NCBI GenBank assembly: GCA_963668355.1
Contig: OY764265.1
Span: 1,696,001 to 1,760,000, forward strand
Direction of reading: 5' to 3'
Source of the DNA: Bdellovibrionota bacterium
GTDB lineage: Bacteria > Bdellovibrionota_G > JALEGL01 > DATDPG01
DNA length: 64,000 bases
In this document: positions 1 to 11,357 of the stretch, piece after piece
How the letters are laid out: every line of letters starts with the position of its first letter
Position numbering within the stretch: position 1 is the first letter of the stretch
The notes under the pieces: generated by a model
Told to the model about the DNA's origin: nothing
What the model saw: only the letters and a program-made list of their open reading frames with translations
Databases searched by the model: none
Made by a program: the position numbers and the translations under genes

Positions 1-2327
<2,327 letters not shown>

Positions 2328-2421
2328 TCAAATTGGATGGATATCCAAAGAAGAAGCAGCGTCTAACTCACATATGCAATGCAAAGAATTAAGCATTCGA
2401 TGGATTCGAATGCGACACGAT

Positions 2422-2539
<118 letters not shown>

Positions 2540-2546
2540 TATAAAA

Positions 2547-2580
2547 GAAAAGGGCTCGACCGTAAGGTCGGGCCCTTTTC
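2547..2580 (+). terminator. Intrinsic terminator of the rRNA operon
   Basis: GAAAAGGGCTCGACC-GTAA-GGTCGGGCCCTTTTC hairpin just after 5S. Confidence 0.85.
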
Positions 2581-2755
2581 AATTAGGCGTAAGTTTAGAG
2601 CTTCACCCCTTCAAATATTTCAGGGCTGACCCTGCAGTACCGTACTGCATGGGGGATCGCGTACAGGAACACCAAAAGGAAGCGAAGGGACGAGCTTCCT
2701 TGTGATGTTCCTGTAGCGAGGCTGTGGGAGAGTAAGACGTCGCGGCATTATAAAA

Positions 2756-2789
2756 GAAAAGGGCTCGACCGTAAGGTCGGGCCCTTTTC
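2756..2789 (+). terminator. Second identical copy of the rRNA terminator hairpin
   Basis: Exact copy of 2547-2580 inside repeat unit 2. Confidence 0.8.
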
Positions 2790-2900
2790 AATTAGGCGTA
2801 AGTTTAGAGCTTCACCCCTTTCAAAGATTTCAGGGCTGACCCTGCAGTACCGTACTGCATGGGGGATCGCGTACAGGAACACCAAAAGGAAGCGAAGGGA

Positions 2901-2996
2901 CGAGCTTCCTTGTGATGTTCCTGTAGCGAGGCTGTGGGAGAGTAAGCCCTCGCGGCACTCCCTTTTGCAGTTTAGACAATCTGTAGAAGTGCAAAC
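2901..2996 (+). repeat. 96 bp direct repeat, left copy (contains a degenerate 5S 3' end)
   Basis: Matches 3809-3904 at 91/96 positions by manual alignment. Confidence 0.95.
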
Positions 2997-3188
2997 GTGG
3001 CGGGAAAATTGTTTAAAGGTTCCAGGAATGGCTCCCTTGCTTCGCTCAGTCCGCTTAATTTCCTTCCACCTTTAATCAATTTTCCGATTGCTTAAGAAAT
3101 GTTGGAGTTCTTGTAGGGCAGCGACTTCACACTTGCCTGACATGGAGTGTGTTTTACACAACCGCTTACTCCATGCGATAATTCACGT

Positions 3189-3374
3189 GTGAAGCGCAAT
3201 GGGAAAAGGGAAAAGATCCTATCTTTAAAAGATCGTTTGTTGGAGTCTGAAAAGCTTTACCGGGAAGCCGTGGAGTTAAACCCTTATAAATTTAAACCTT
3301 TTTGGAAAACGTTTGATTCTCGTGAGGAGTATGAAAGGTGGAGACGTGAGCAAAAAAACCCCTGGCGCCGATAA
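3189..3374 (+). CDS. Small charged protein, putative antitoxin-like partner of the downstream nucleotidyltransferase
   Basis: About 61 aa from GTG 3189, overlaps the next gene; C-terminal FDSREEYERWRR stretch. Start uncertain (ORF track gives 3147). Confidence 0.6.
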   Translation: MKRNGKREKILSLKDRLLESEKLYREAVELNPYKFKPFWKTFDSREEYERWRREQKNPWRR

Positions 3375-3807
3375 CCGTGTGTTGCGCGTTTGCCGCCTTC
3401 TGAATCGTTATCGAGTGAAATATTTAATTGCGGGTGGAGTTGCGGCCAACTTGCATGGCACGCTTCGTTCCACAAAAGATGTTGATCTTTTGGTTCCGAA
3501 AGATCGGAAAAACACAGAAGCATTACTCAAGGCTCTTTCTGAGTTGCCATACGGAGTGGCGAAAGAAATTGAGGTTGAAGATATTCTGGATAAACCTTTC
3601 ACAATTATTGGTGATGACCCGCGCGTAGATATTCTAACCTTGGCGGGAAAAGTTGACTTTAAAAAGGCTCAAACAGATAAAGAGGCCCGCCGAATTCTTG
3701 GCGTTAAAGTCCCCTTTATCGGTTTGCGCTCTTTAAAACGTTCGAAAGATACGGGAAGAGCCCAAGACAAAGCCGATCTTGAGCAACTAAAATTATTAAA
3801 GAAATAG
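3346..3807 (+). CDS. Stand-alone nucleotidyltransferase (Pol-beta superfamily, DUF6036/AbiEii-like)
   Basis: IAGGVAANLHG..RSTKDVD motif, third Asp in RVDIL, C-terminal K..GR.QD..D motif; GTG start after AGGTGGAG. Confidence 0.8.
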   Translation: MSKKTPGADNRVLRVCRLLNRYRVKYLIAGGVAANLHGTLRSTKDVDLLVPKDRKNTEALLKALSELPYGVAKEIEVEDILDKPFTIIGDDPRVDILTLAGKVDFKKAQTDKEARRILGVKVPFIGLRSLKRSKDTGRAQDKADLEQLKLLKK

Positions 3808-3808
3808 G

Positions 3809-3904
3809 CGAGCTTCCTTGTGATGTTCCTGTAGCGAGGCTGTGGGAGAGTAAGCCCTCGGGGCACGCCCTTTAGCTGTTTAGACAATCCGTAGAAGTGC
3901 AAAC
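3809..3904 (+). repeat. 96 bp direct repeat, right copy
   Basis: Starts 1 nt after the nucleotidyltransferase stop; 91/96 identical to 2901-2996. Confidence 0.95.
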
Positions 3905-3964
3905 TTTGATCGGGGCCTTTGCGCTTTTTGCTCAAGAATGGACTCCATGAGATAATTTCTTGGT

Positions 3965-5152
3965 ATGAAAACCAGCCGAATTTTTTGGACCCTTTTACTG
4001 TGTTTAGGAATCGGATTTTTTTTCTCCGGCCAAGTGGTTGCGGAAGAGGTGGTATCTGAAGAAACAGAACCACAAGCTTCCACCCAAGAACAAGAAGAGT
4101 CTTGGGGACCCGAAAAAAGTGAGCTTTTGGATTCCTCAGTTCTTTCCTTTCACGGATTTGGAGGCTGGTCCTTTCGGTGGTCGGATGAAAATCGTCATCG
4201 AAACAGTAAGGACTCCGGTGACTGGGACAACACCGAATTGGCGTGGTTGATCAACGCAAGATTGACACAAGCGCTATCTGTGTACTCTCAGATCTATTTC
4301 ACTTCAGGCCCATCCCCCGAAGGGATTCAAGTGGGAGTGGACTCCATGTTTGGGCAATGGAAGCTCTCCGACAAATTGATGTTTCGAATCGGACGGGTCA
4401 AATTGCCCTTTGGGATTTACGGAGAACTGGTTCGGGTTGGAACGATTCGTCCCTTTTTCGATCTTCCTCAAGGAATTTATGGCCCAGTAGGCTATACCAC
4501 GGAAGCTTTCTATGGCATTGGGGTTTCGGGGCGTCTTCCACTTTTAGACGATTGGGCATTAAACTACGACCTTTATGGAGGGCAAATCGAGGCCGAATAT
4601 GCATGTTGTCAATTGCAAGAGGATCTAGAGGAAGAAGGGGAAGTCGGTGTCGACAATGGTGCGGAAGGGATAAAAAATTCCATTGGGACGCGCGTCTTTT
4701 TCGAGACGCCCATTCGTGGATTTCGAGTGGGGGGATCCGGTTTCACCGGCGTGACGGATGAAGTGGGAGAGCAGGAACGCCGTTGGGTTGTGGGCTCTTT
4801 TTTAGAATATGTGGATGATCCGGTCCTTTTTCGCGCAGAGTATGCGTATCTGAGGCAGAAACCGGAAGTGACCTCTCATGCTTTCTTTGTGGAGGGGGGC
4901 TACTATTTTTCTACGCATATTCAAGGAGTGGTGAGATACGATTTTTACAATGCTGAAAAGGCCGGTTTGTCAGACAACGAGGCAGAACATCGCGCTTGGG
5001 GAGCGGGGATCAATATATGGTTGAATCCCAACTTTGTGATCAAAACCGAATATAAGCTGATTGATGGCCATCGCTTGGTTCAAACGAATGAGAGCACCTC
5101 ATTGAAGGATAAAACGCATTTTGTACAGGCCGGTTTGCAGTTTTCATTTTAG
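3965..5152 (+). CDS. Outer-membrane beta-barrel / porin-like protein
   Basis: Signal peptide, alternating aromatic beta strands, RIGRVKLPFGIY motif, C-terminal GLQFSF. Confidence 0.8.
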   Translation: MKTSRIFWTLLLCLGIGFFFSGQVVAEEVVSEETEPQASTQEQEESWGPEKSELLDSSVLSFHGFGGWSFRWSDENRHRNSKDSGDWDNTELAWLINARLTQALSVYSQIYFTSGPSPEGIQVGVDSMFGQWKLSDKLMFRIGRVKLPFGIYGELVRVGTIRPFFDLPQGIYGPVGYTTEAFYGIGVSGRLPLLDDWALNYDLYGGQIEAEYACCQLQEDLEEEGEVGVDNGAEGIKNSIGTRVFFETPIRGFRVGGSGFTGVTDEVGEQERRWVVGSFLEYVDDPVLFRAEYAYLRQKPEVTSHAFFVEGGYYFSTHIQGVVRYDFYNAEKAGLSDNEAEHRAWGAGINIWLNPNFVIKTEYKLIDGHRLVQTNESTSLKDKTHFVQAGLQFSF

Positions 5153-5162
5153 GAGTTTTCGG

Positions 5163-5612
5163 ATGAAAAGAGGTTTTTGGATATTATGTGCGTTGGTTGT
5201 TTTGGGCTGGGGTTTCTCGTCATTTTCTGAGGAGAACACAGATCTTGAATCGAATTTTAAGTTCATTGTGAACGTCCAGAATTCGAATACAAGTTTATCT
5301 AAAAAACAGGTCTCTGACCTTTTTCTCAAACGAGTGACTGTCTGGCCGGATCGAACTCAGGTTGTTCCCATCATGCATACTTCTCGATCTCCCTTTTTTG
5401 GGAAATTTGTCCAAAGCATTTTGGGCATGAACAAAACGGAGTATCAAAGGTATTGGCAACGAAAGGTTTTTTCGGGAAAGGCCAAGATGCCGGTGGAAGG
5501 CAATTCTCTCAAAGAAATATCTGACTTTGTTCGTTCTCACCCCGGTGCTATTGGATATGTGTCCAAAAGTTATTCGGTTTCAGGCGTGAAAGAACTTTCC
5601 GTGACTCCCTAG
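5163..5612 (+). CDS. Small periplasmic-binding-fold protein (phosphate ABC substrate-binding-like)
   Basis: Signal peptide; IVN..N...LS...V..LFL, YW...VFSG and V...PGAIGYV motifs; AGGAG RBS. Confidence 0.75.
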   Translation: MKRGFWILCALVVLGWGFSSFSEENTDLESNFKFIVNVQNSNTSLSKKQVSDLFLKRVTVWPDRTQVVPIMHTSRSPFFGKFVQSILGMNKTEYQRYWQRKVFSGKAKMPVEGNSLKEISDFVRSHPGAIGYVSKSYSVSGVKELSVTP

Positions 5613-5646
5613 TTCTCGTGGGGTGAAAAACTTTTAAGTTTCATAC

Positions 5647-5677
5647 AAAAGCCGCCCTCCAAAGAGGGCGGCTTTTT
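5647..5677. terminator. Bidirectional intrinsic terminator
   Basis: AAAA-GCCGCCCTC-CAAA-GAGGGCGGC-TTTTT between convergent genes. Confidence 0.9.
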
Positions 5678-5692
5678 AAAGGTGAAGTTTTA

Positions 5693-8017
5693 TTACTTAA
5701 TAAAGCTTTCAATGGCCTTTAACTGAGCCTGCCCATGTAGCCCGGCTTCTTCGATGCAGATGGCTCCAGGTCCTGACCCCAAATAATGACCGTCTTTCCA
5801 AGGCCAGAGTGTGGCTTCACGGCCCTTTTCAGACATGGTCCATCGATACGTTGTGGGGCGAGTGAAGCCGGAAATCATCATGGCGCTTCTTGCAGCTGCT
5901 TCCGGATAAATTTCTTCTCGCTCTTTTTTGCTTAAAAGATCGAAGAGTTCACTGCAGGCCACATAGTATACGTCTAAGTTGATTCCCTTCTCTTTGAGTT
6001 TGGGGAGTACTTGTTCAACGAATACATAAGCCACATCACTTCCTTGATAGATCACGGTTCCATCGGCTTTTCCATTGGCTTCCATGAGTTTGTAGACACC
6101 TGTCGTACAGCTTTCAGCTGGAGCCAGACCCAACGCCTTGCGATCATAAATTTTTTCACCAGGTCGGGTTACAAAGGGTGCAATGACCGGTGGACGTTTG
6201 TGTAACGTCGCAATGGTCAGCGGCCAAAGCTCATTGGGATCCCAAGGTGTCAGGGACATGATGACGCCTTTGGGATAGTTCTCTTGAAGCATTTGAAGTG
6301 CATGAGGCTCGGCATGTGTGGGCCCATCTTCTCCCGTTTTCACGCCCGCATGTCCACAAATGGAAATGAAGGTGTTGCACTGAGCATTCTTCACCCGGTG
6401 CTTCAGTGTGGTTTGCCCAATGCCATGTGTTTTCGCACAAATGGCATTCAAAGGCGCAATGAATGCGCCGTAAGAGGCTCCGACACCCATATGGTGTCCC
6501 ATCGTGGAAATTCCGGAACAGATTCCACCCATGGCGTCTTCAGCAATTCCACCAGCAGAAAAGAGTCGGGATTCGGGATTGGATTCTGGATGCCAAAAAC
6601 CTTCTCCCATACCCGCACTGATTCCGGATGTGTTGGTGGAACCGTAAAGGTCTGCGGCCGCGGCAAAAACGGCTCCATGTGTTTTTTGATTCACGACATG
6701 GAGAACATTGGCCAAGGCACCGCGAAGCGTCTGTGTGGAGCCAACTTCATAGGTGCATTCTTTAGGCCGATGTTCGACCGAAATTTCTTTTGTGTTGTAG
6801 AGAACGTCTAATGTGGGAGCGCCTTCCCGAAGGCTTGGTGTACTTGCCTTAAATGACTTCACACAAGACGCGACTTTGTCTCCCATGACTTGTGTGAGTT
6901 CGGCGTTTTTCTCAAATCCTTTTCGCAAAGTTAGCAGAGAGTCATAAAAGGCTTTTTCGATGGTTTCGGGGGTTTTGTCTCCCTCAAAGCGAGGAAACTT
7001 AATTCCCAATTTGGTTTCATAAGGCTCCAAAGATTTTAAGTACTCTTCACTGTAAAACTTATGTCCGGCCCCATGCGATTTGCAGCCTTCAATTCCATAT
7101 TTCCAACCTTTGACGGTTCGATAGACAATGGCTGTGGGGCGAGAGGTTTTTAGCGCCAAGGCTTTCTTTTGTGCCGCACGAATTTGAGCAAAGTCAAACC
7201 CTTCAGGAACATAAATGACATTGAACCCTTGCATGAGACAAAATTCACAGGGGTCCCATTGAACGTAGTCACCCGCTTTTCCGTCTTCTCTGGTTACAGC
7301 GTTGGAGTCGATGGAAGCTTGGTTCCAGTCAATGTGGAGGAAAAGATTATTAAGTCCGGATGTAGCTGCAGATGCCATGGCCTCGGCAACTCGACCGGGC
7401 GTCAGGCCGCCTTCTCCTTCGATGACGTGAACCCGTGGAGCGTTTTTCCCGTGCACATCTTTCAGGGCCAAGGCTAATCCTACAGAAGCTGTTACGCCCA
7501 CACCGCTAGGACCCGTGGAAAGCCAAACAAAAGGCGTCTGAGGCGTGGGATGTCCATCTAAGGGTTTTGCATTGAACTCTTGGAAAAGTGGGGTCTTTGT
7601 AATTGGGTTTTTCCTAAAACCCAAAAGATCTTCCAGACGAAGCTGATGAACGACTTCCGGAAGAAGATCCGAATGACTTTGTTTGACGACTTCATTTCGG
7701 CAGGCCCACATGGCATAGAGTCCCAACGCTTTGTGGCCCGCAGCGTATGAGATGATGTCCGCTCGTCGCTCATGAGGAATGGAAAAGTCGTAATTCATTT
7801 GATCAAAGATCAACTGTTCTACAATTCGGCCACTGGAAACACTCCCTCCGGGGTGGCCCGAAGCTGCATGGTTAAACATGACGGAACAAAGAGAGCGATA
7901 GGACAAGTCGAAAAATTCGTAACTTTCAGCCTCTTTGCTTTCTAACGCAGGGACGGTGTCCTTGCTAATGTCGATGTATTCAATTCCACGTTCATTGAGA
8001 TTCAGTTTGTATTCCAT
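5693..8017 (-). CDS. Transketolase-family ThDP enzyme (divergent)
   Basis: SGHPGGS, GHK, LDGHP, STGPSGVG and GEDGPTH motifs; ThDP motif reads GEG instead of GDG. Confidence 0.85.
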   Translation of the reverse strand: MEYKLNLNERGIEYIDISKDTVPALESKEAESYEFFDLSYRSLCSVMFNHAASGHPGGSVSSGRIVEQLIFDQMNYDFSIPHERRADIISYAAGHKALGLYAMWACRNEVVKQSHSDLLPEVVHQLRLEDLLGFRKNPITKTPLFQEFNAKPLDGHPTPQTPFVWLSTGPSGVGVTASVGLALALKDVHGKNAPRVHVIEGEGGLTPGRVAEAMASAATSGLNNLFLHIDWNQASIDSNAVTREDGKAGDYVQWDPCEFCLMQGFNVIYVPEGFDFAQIRAAQKKALALKTSRPTAIVYRTVKGWKYGIEGCKSHGAGHKFYSEEYLKSLEPYETKLGIKFPRFEGDKTPETIEKAFYDSLLTLRKGFEKNAELTQVMGDKVASCVKSFKASTPSLREGAPTLDVLYNTKEISVEHRPKECTYEVGSTQTLRGALANVLHVVNQKTHGAVFAAAADLYGSTNTSGISAGMGEGFWHPESNPESRLFSAGGIAEDAMGGICSGISTMGHHMGVGASYGAFIAPLNAICAKTHGIGQTTLKHRVKNAQCNTFISICGHAGVKTGEDGPTHAEPHALQMLQENYPKGVIMSLTPWDPNELWPLTIATLHKRPPVIAPFVTRPGEKIYDRKALGLAPAESCTTGVYKLMEANGKADGTVIYQGSDVAYVFVEQVLPKLKEKGINLDVYYVACSELFDLLSKKEREEIYPEAAARSAMMISGFTRPTTYRWTMSEKGREATLWPWKDGHYLGSGPGAICIEEAGLHGQAQLKAIESFIK

Positions 8018-8032
8018 TTTAGGTTCCTTTGC

Positions 8033-9331
8033 TTACGAAAGATGCTCTTTCTTTTCCATAAAAGCGGCGAAGCCGTCTTTGTCGTTCACGGCCTTGGCCA
8101 TTTTTTCCATGCCGACTTTTAAGTCTTCCATTCCGGTGGCAATGGACAGTCGCAGATAATGCATGCCCTCGGTTCCAATTTGGCCGAAAGACTTTCGATC
8201 CATGGTTGCCACATGATGCTCCCAGAGTAAAAACATTTGGAAGAGGGTCGAAGGACTCGTCGTCTTCTGTTGCTCCGGCGTCAGGGATTGAAAGGCTTCG
8301 TCCGCGCGGAGATTCTTCACCACACCTTCAATGTTTGGAAATACGTAAAACGCTCCTTTGGGTAGCTGGCATTTTACTCCGGGCATTTCGTTGAGGGAGT
8401 TCACAACAAAATCTCGACGATCTTGAAAAGCTTGATTCATTTCGGCAATCGTCTTTTGGCTTTCGGGTGATTCAATGGCGTGTCGGGCGCCCTCCTGATT
8501 GTATGGAGGAATGCATGAGAAATAATTGATGTTCAAATTGGTGAACAATTTGGCTTCTTCGATGGTTGGAAAAACGGCCCAGCCAATTCGTCCACCGGTC
8601 CAAGAATAAGACTTTGAGGCTCCGGTCGCGATGATGGTTTTTTCTTTCATCCCTTTTAAAGGAGCGATGCTGTAATGCTTGGAACCATCAAAGAGAATGT
8701 TCTCGTAAATCTCGTCGGAATAGACTCGAACATTGGGATCGCATTTCTTATTGATGACTTCCGCAATTTCTTCGAGTTGTTCTGGTGTGGCCACGCCTCC
8801 TGTGGGATTGGAGGGGAAGTTCAAATAGATGAGCTTCGTACGAGGGGTGATGAGTTTTTCTAAATCTGCTCCCGTAAAACTAAATCCTAGTTCTTCTCGA
8901 AGATGCATGGGAACGGGTTTGGCATCTACATACTTGATGAAAGATTCATAAATGGGAAATCCAGGGCTGGGATAAATTACTTCGTCGCCTGGGTTGCAGT
9001 ACGTTTGTTGACAGAGACCGATGGGAGGTTTTCCCCCCGGAAAGACCACAACTTGTTCTGGGGAAAGCGTCATGCCCCTTGCCTCTCCGATGTATTTAGC
9101 AACGGCTTTCCGAAGTGAGGGAATGCCTTGGGGGTTGGTATAGTGGCAATTGTCTTGGTCCAGTTGGCGCTTTACCTCGTCACGAATATGCGCTGGAAGA
9201 GGGAAGTCGGGTTCGCCTAAATTGCATTTAATGACCTTGTTTCCTTGGGCCTCAATGGCTGCAATATAGGGTCCTACTTTAAAAGCATTTTCCGTGTGAA
9301 TTTTATGCGTTCGATCTGAGATTAAGTTCAT
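8033..9331 (-). CDS. Class I/II PLP aminotransferase (aspartate aminotransferase-like)
   Basis: GEPDF, NFPSNPTG, SDEIY and SKSYSWTGGRIG motifs; GGAGG RBS before ATG 9331. Confidence 0.93.
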   Translation of the reverse strand: MNLISDRTHKIHTENAFKVGPYIAAIEAQGNKVIKCNLGEPDFPLPAHIRDEVKRQLDQDNCHYTNPQGIPSLRKAVAKYIGEARGMTLSPEQVVVFPGGKPPIGLCQQTYCNPGDEVIYPSPGFPIYESFIKYVDAKPVPMHLREELGFSFTGADLEKLITPRTKLIYLNFPSNPTGGVATPEQLEEIAEVINKKCDPNVRVYSDEIYENILFDGSKHYSIAPLKGMKEKTIIATGASKSYSWTGGRIGWAVFPTIEEAKLFTNLNINYFSCIPPYNQEGARHAIESPESQKTIAEMNQAFQDRRDFVVNSLNEMPGVKCQLPKGAFYVFPNIEGVVKNLRADEAFQSLTPEQQKTTSPSTLFQMFLLWEHHVATMDRKSFGQIGTEGMHYLRLSIATGMEDLKVGMEKMAKAVNDKDGFAAFMEKKEHLS

Positions 9332-9470
9332 ATTTCCTCCAGCTAATTCCGCCAAACCAGCGAATATTTTCTTATCCAGTAAGGATTTGCGGGGCGAAGC
9401 TAACGTCTTCGCTGATCTCTGTCAATGTCTTCCGGCAGGGTTCATACCCCAAAAAAGGGAGTATTTTTAG

Positions 9471-10658
9471 CTAGTTCGAAAGTTTGTGAAGGACCGCCAG
9501 GAGTGCATCCTCGGAACTGACAATTCCCGCCTGAGGGTCGATGCTTTGAACTTTTTGAGCCAGTTTCTCTTCGGTGGTTTTAAAGAGAATTCGGGTGTGG
9601 GGATTAAGTTCTTTGGCTTTTGCCAACATGGGGACATCCGACAGAGTGTCCCCTGCGATCAAGAGGCCAGAAGCTTCTTCGAGTTGAAGCTCAAGTGTTT
9701 CATTGATCCACTGCAAACCATCTCCCTTTGAAAAACCCGCTTTCTGTTGCTGGGTTCGCAGCAAAATTTCAAGATCCGAACCGGTGTCGTGAAGATCTAG
9801 GATTTTTCCGGAAGCGTCGACCTTTTGAACGAGCGCCACGACCTCTGCCTTGAAGGTCTCGGACTCGCTTTCGGAGAAAATGGGGGGAGTTGTGTTGCGA
9901 GCAATGGCCAGCTCTCCATATTTTTGTTGAAGACCCGAACCGGTGAGCGTGAATTTTCGATTCTCTTCTTGGGTGAGAAGGCGTTTGAGTTCCGTTTCAA
10001 AGGTGTGCAGAACCTTTGCCTGTTCAGGAGGAAGACTCATTTCGACGAGGCGATTGGTTCGCGTCAAGACCTGGCGAGCTTTGGATCCGGCATACGTGAG
10101 TGTTCCCTTGAGATCGACATTCACATCCACAATCCCAAGGTCTTTCAATGGACCGGAAGTTAGGAGAACGACTTCTCTTTTTTGGGCGGCGCCGAATTGA
10201 TAGAGGGTCCACGCGGAATAAATGGACTGGATCGCGGTTGCATAAAAGGGGCTGTACGGTTCCAAGGTTCCATCTCGATCCGAAATGAGAACGTCATAAC
10301 GATTCGAGGAAAGGTTTTGAAACGCGCCTTCTACCTCTTCTTCAAATGATGGATCTTCTTCCGAAAGCCATTGAAAAAAAACGGATAGATTCGGATTCCC
10401 CTCTTTAAGGAAAACCAGGTCTTTGTGAATTTGCCCGAGGTACGAGGGAAAAACTTCGATGGACTCACCAGATTCGAATTGAAGTTTGTGTTTGTCGTTT
10501 CGCCCGATGCCCAATTGGAACTCGGTCGCACGCTTTCGAAGCGTTGTGAGTTCTTCGTTAAAATGTTTTTGTCCGCTCACAAGAGCCTCCACGATTTTTC
10601 GACGTGCGTTTCGAACGTCGATCATCGATTGATGAAGCTCTCGGACTCCGATTGTCAT
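9471..10658 (-). CDS. HAD phosphatase, nematode (GOB-1)-type trehalose-6-phosphate phosphatase-like
   Basis: DRDGT motif I followed by YATAIQSIYSA, LTSGPL, GSGLQQK, DTGSDLE, FSKGDG and AGDTLSDVPM. Confidence 0.75.
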   Translation of the reverse strand: MTIGVRELHQSMIDVRNARRKIVEALVSGQKHFNEELTTLRKRATEFQLGIGRNDKHKLQFESGESIEVFPSYLGQIHKDLVFLKEGNPNLSVFFQWLSEEDPSFEEEVEGAFQNLSSNRYDVLISDRDGTLEPYSPFYATAIQSIYSAWTLYQFGAAQKREVVLLTSGPLKDLGIVDVNVDLKGTLTYAGSKARQVLTRTNRLVEMSLPPEQAKVLHTFETELKRLLTQEENRKFTLTGSGLQQKYGELAIARNTTPPIFSESESETFKAEVVALVQKVDASGKILDLHDTGSDLEILLRTQQQKAGFSKGDGLQWINETLELQLEEASGLLIAGDTLSDVPMLAKAKELNPHTRILFKTTEEKLAQKVQSIDPQAGIVSSEDALLAVLHKLSN

Positions 10659-10661
10659 TGG

Positions 10662-11186
10662 TTATTTTTGTGAAGGACCTTGCGCCGTGGTTTCTTGGAT
10701 GGGGCGTGTGCCAAGCTCTTTGTCTACGAGGAAGAGACCGTCTTTGGAGCCTTCAATTCGTTTGAGTTGGGCAATGATGGTCGAGACCGTGGACTCCTCC
10801 TCAACCTGTTCCGCGACATACCACTGCAACATATTGTTTGTGGCATGGTCGCTGTGCTTGATGGATAAATCGACCAACGCATTGATGCGTTCGGTAACTT
10901 CTTGTTCGTGTTTGAGGGTTTCCTCAAATACATGAAGGGGAGAGTTCCATTCAGAGGGAGGCTTGGAGATGGCTTCCAACTCTACATTTCCTCCTCGATC
11001 CAACAAATATCGGAAAGACTTCACCGCATGAGCAACTTCTTCACGATATTGAGCAAACATCCAATGCGCGAAGCCGGGAAGATCCAGGGTTTCAAAATAT
11101 CCCGACATGGAAAGGTAGAGGTACGCGGAATAGAATTCTTCGTTGATTTGTTGCTGAAGGGCTTTTTGAATCTCTGGTTTAATCAT
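10662..11186 (-). CDS. ftnA: Non-heme ferritin
   Basis: QINEEFYSAYLYLSM, REEVAHA, HEQEVT and EQVEEE ferroxidase residues. Confidence 0.95.
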   Translation of the reverse strand: MIKPEIQKALQQQINEEFYSAYLYLSMSGYFETLDLPGFAHWMFAQYREEVAHAVKSFRYLLDRGGNVELEAISKPPSEWNSPLHVFEETLKHEQEVTERINALVDLSIKHSDHATNNMLQWYVAEQVEEESTVSTIIAQLKRIEGSKDGLFLVDKELGTRPIQETTAQGPSQK

Positions 11187-11203
11187 AGGAGCTTTAAACC
11201 ACA

Positions 11204-11220
11204 TTGAGCATAGATTTCAA
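11204..11220. promoter_or_regulatory. Possible Fur-type operator upstream of ferritin
   Basis: Imperfect palindrome TTGAGCATAGATTTCAA about 18 nt upstream of the ftnA start; several mismatches to consensus. Confidence 0.3.
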
Positions 11221-11357
11221 CCGTTGATGAACAAGGCCTGGGAAAACAACGAACACCCAAGCTATACCCTATACGCTTTTTGCATACGCCGACAAGCATA
11301 GGCGTGGAGTCTGTTTTTCTTTATACTTTCTTTGAAAAACTGAAAAGGAAGCCCTGT

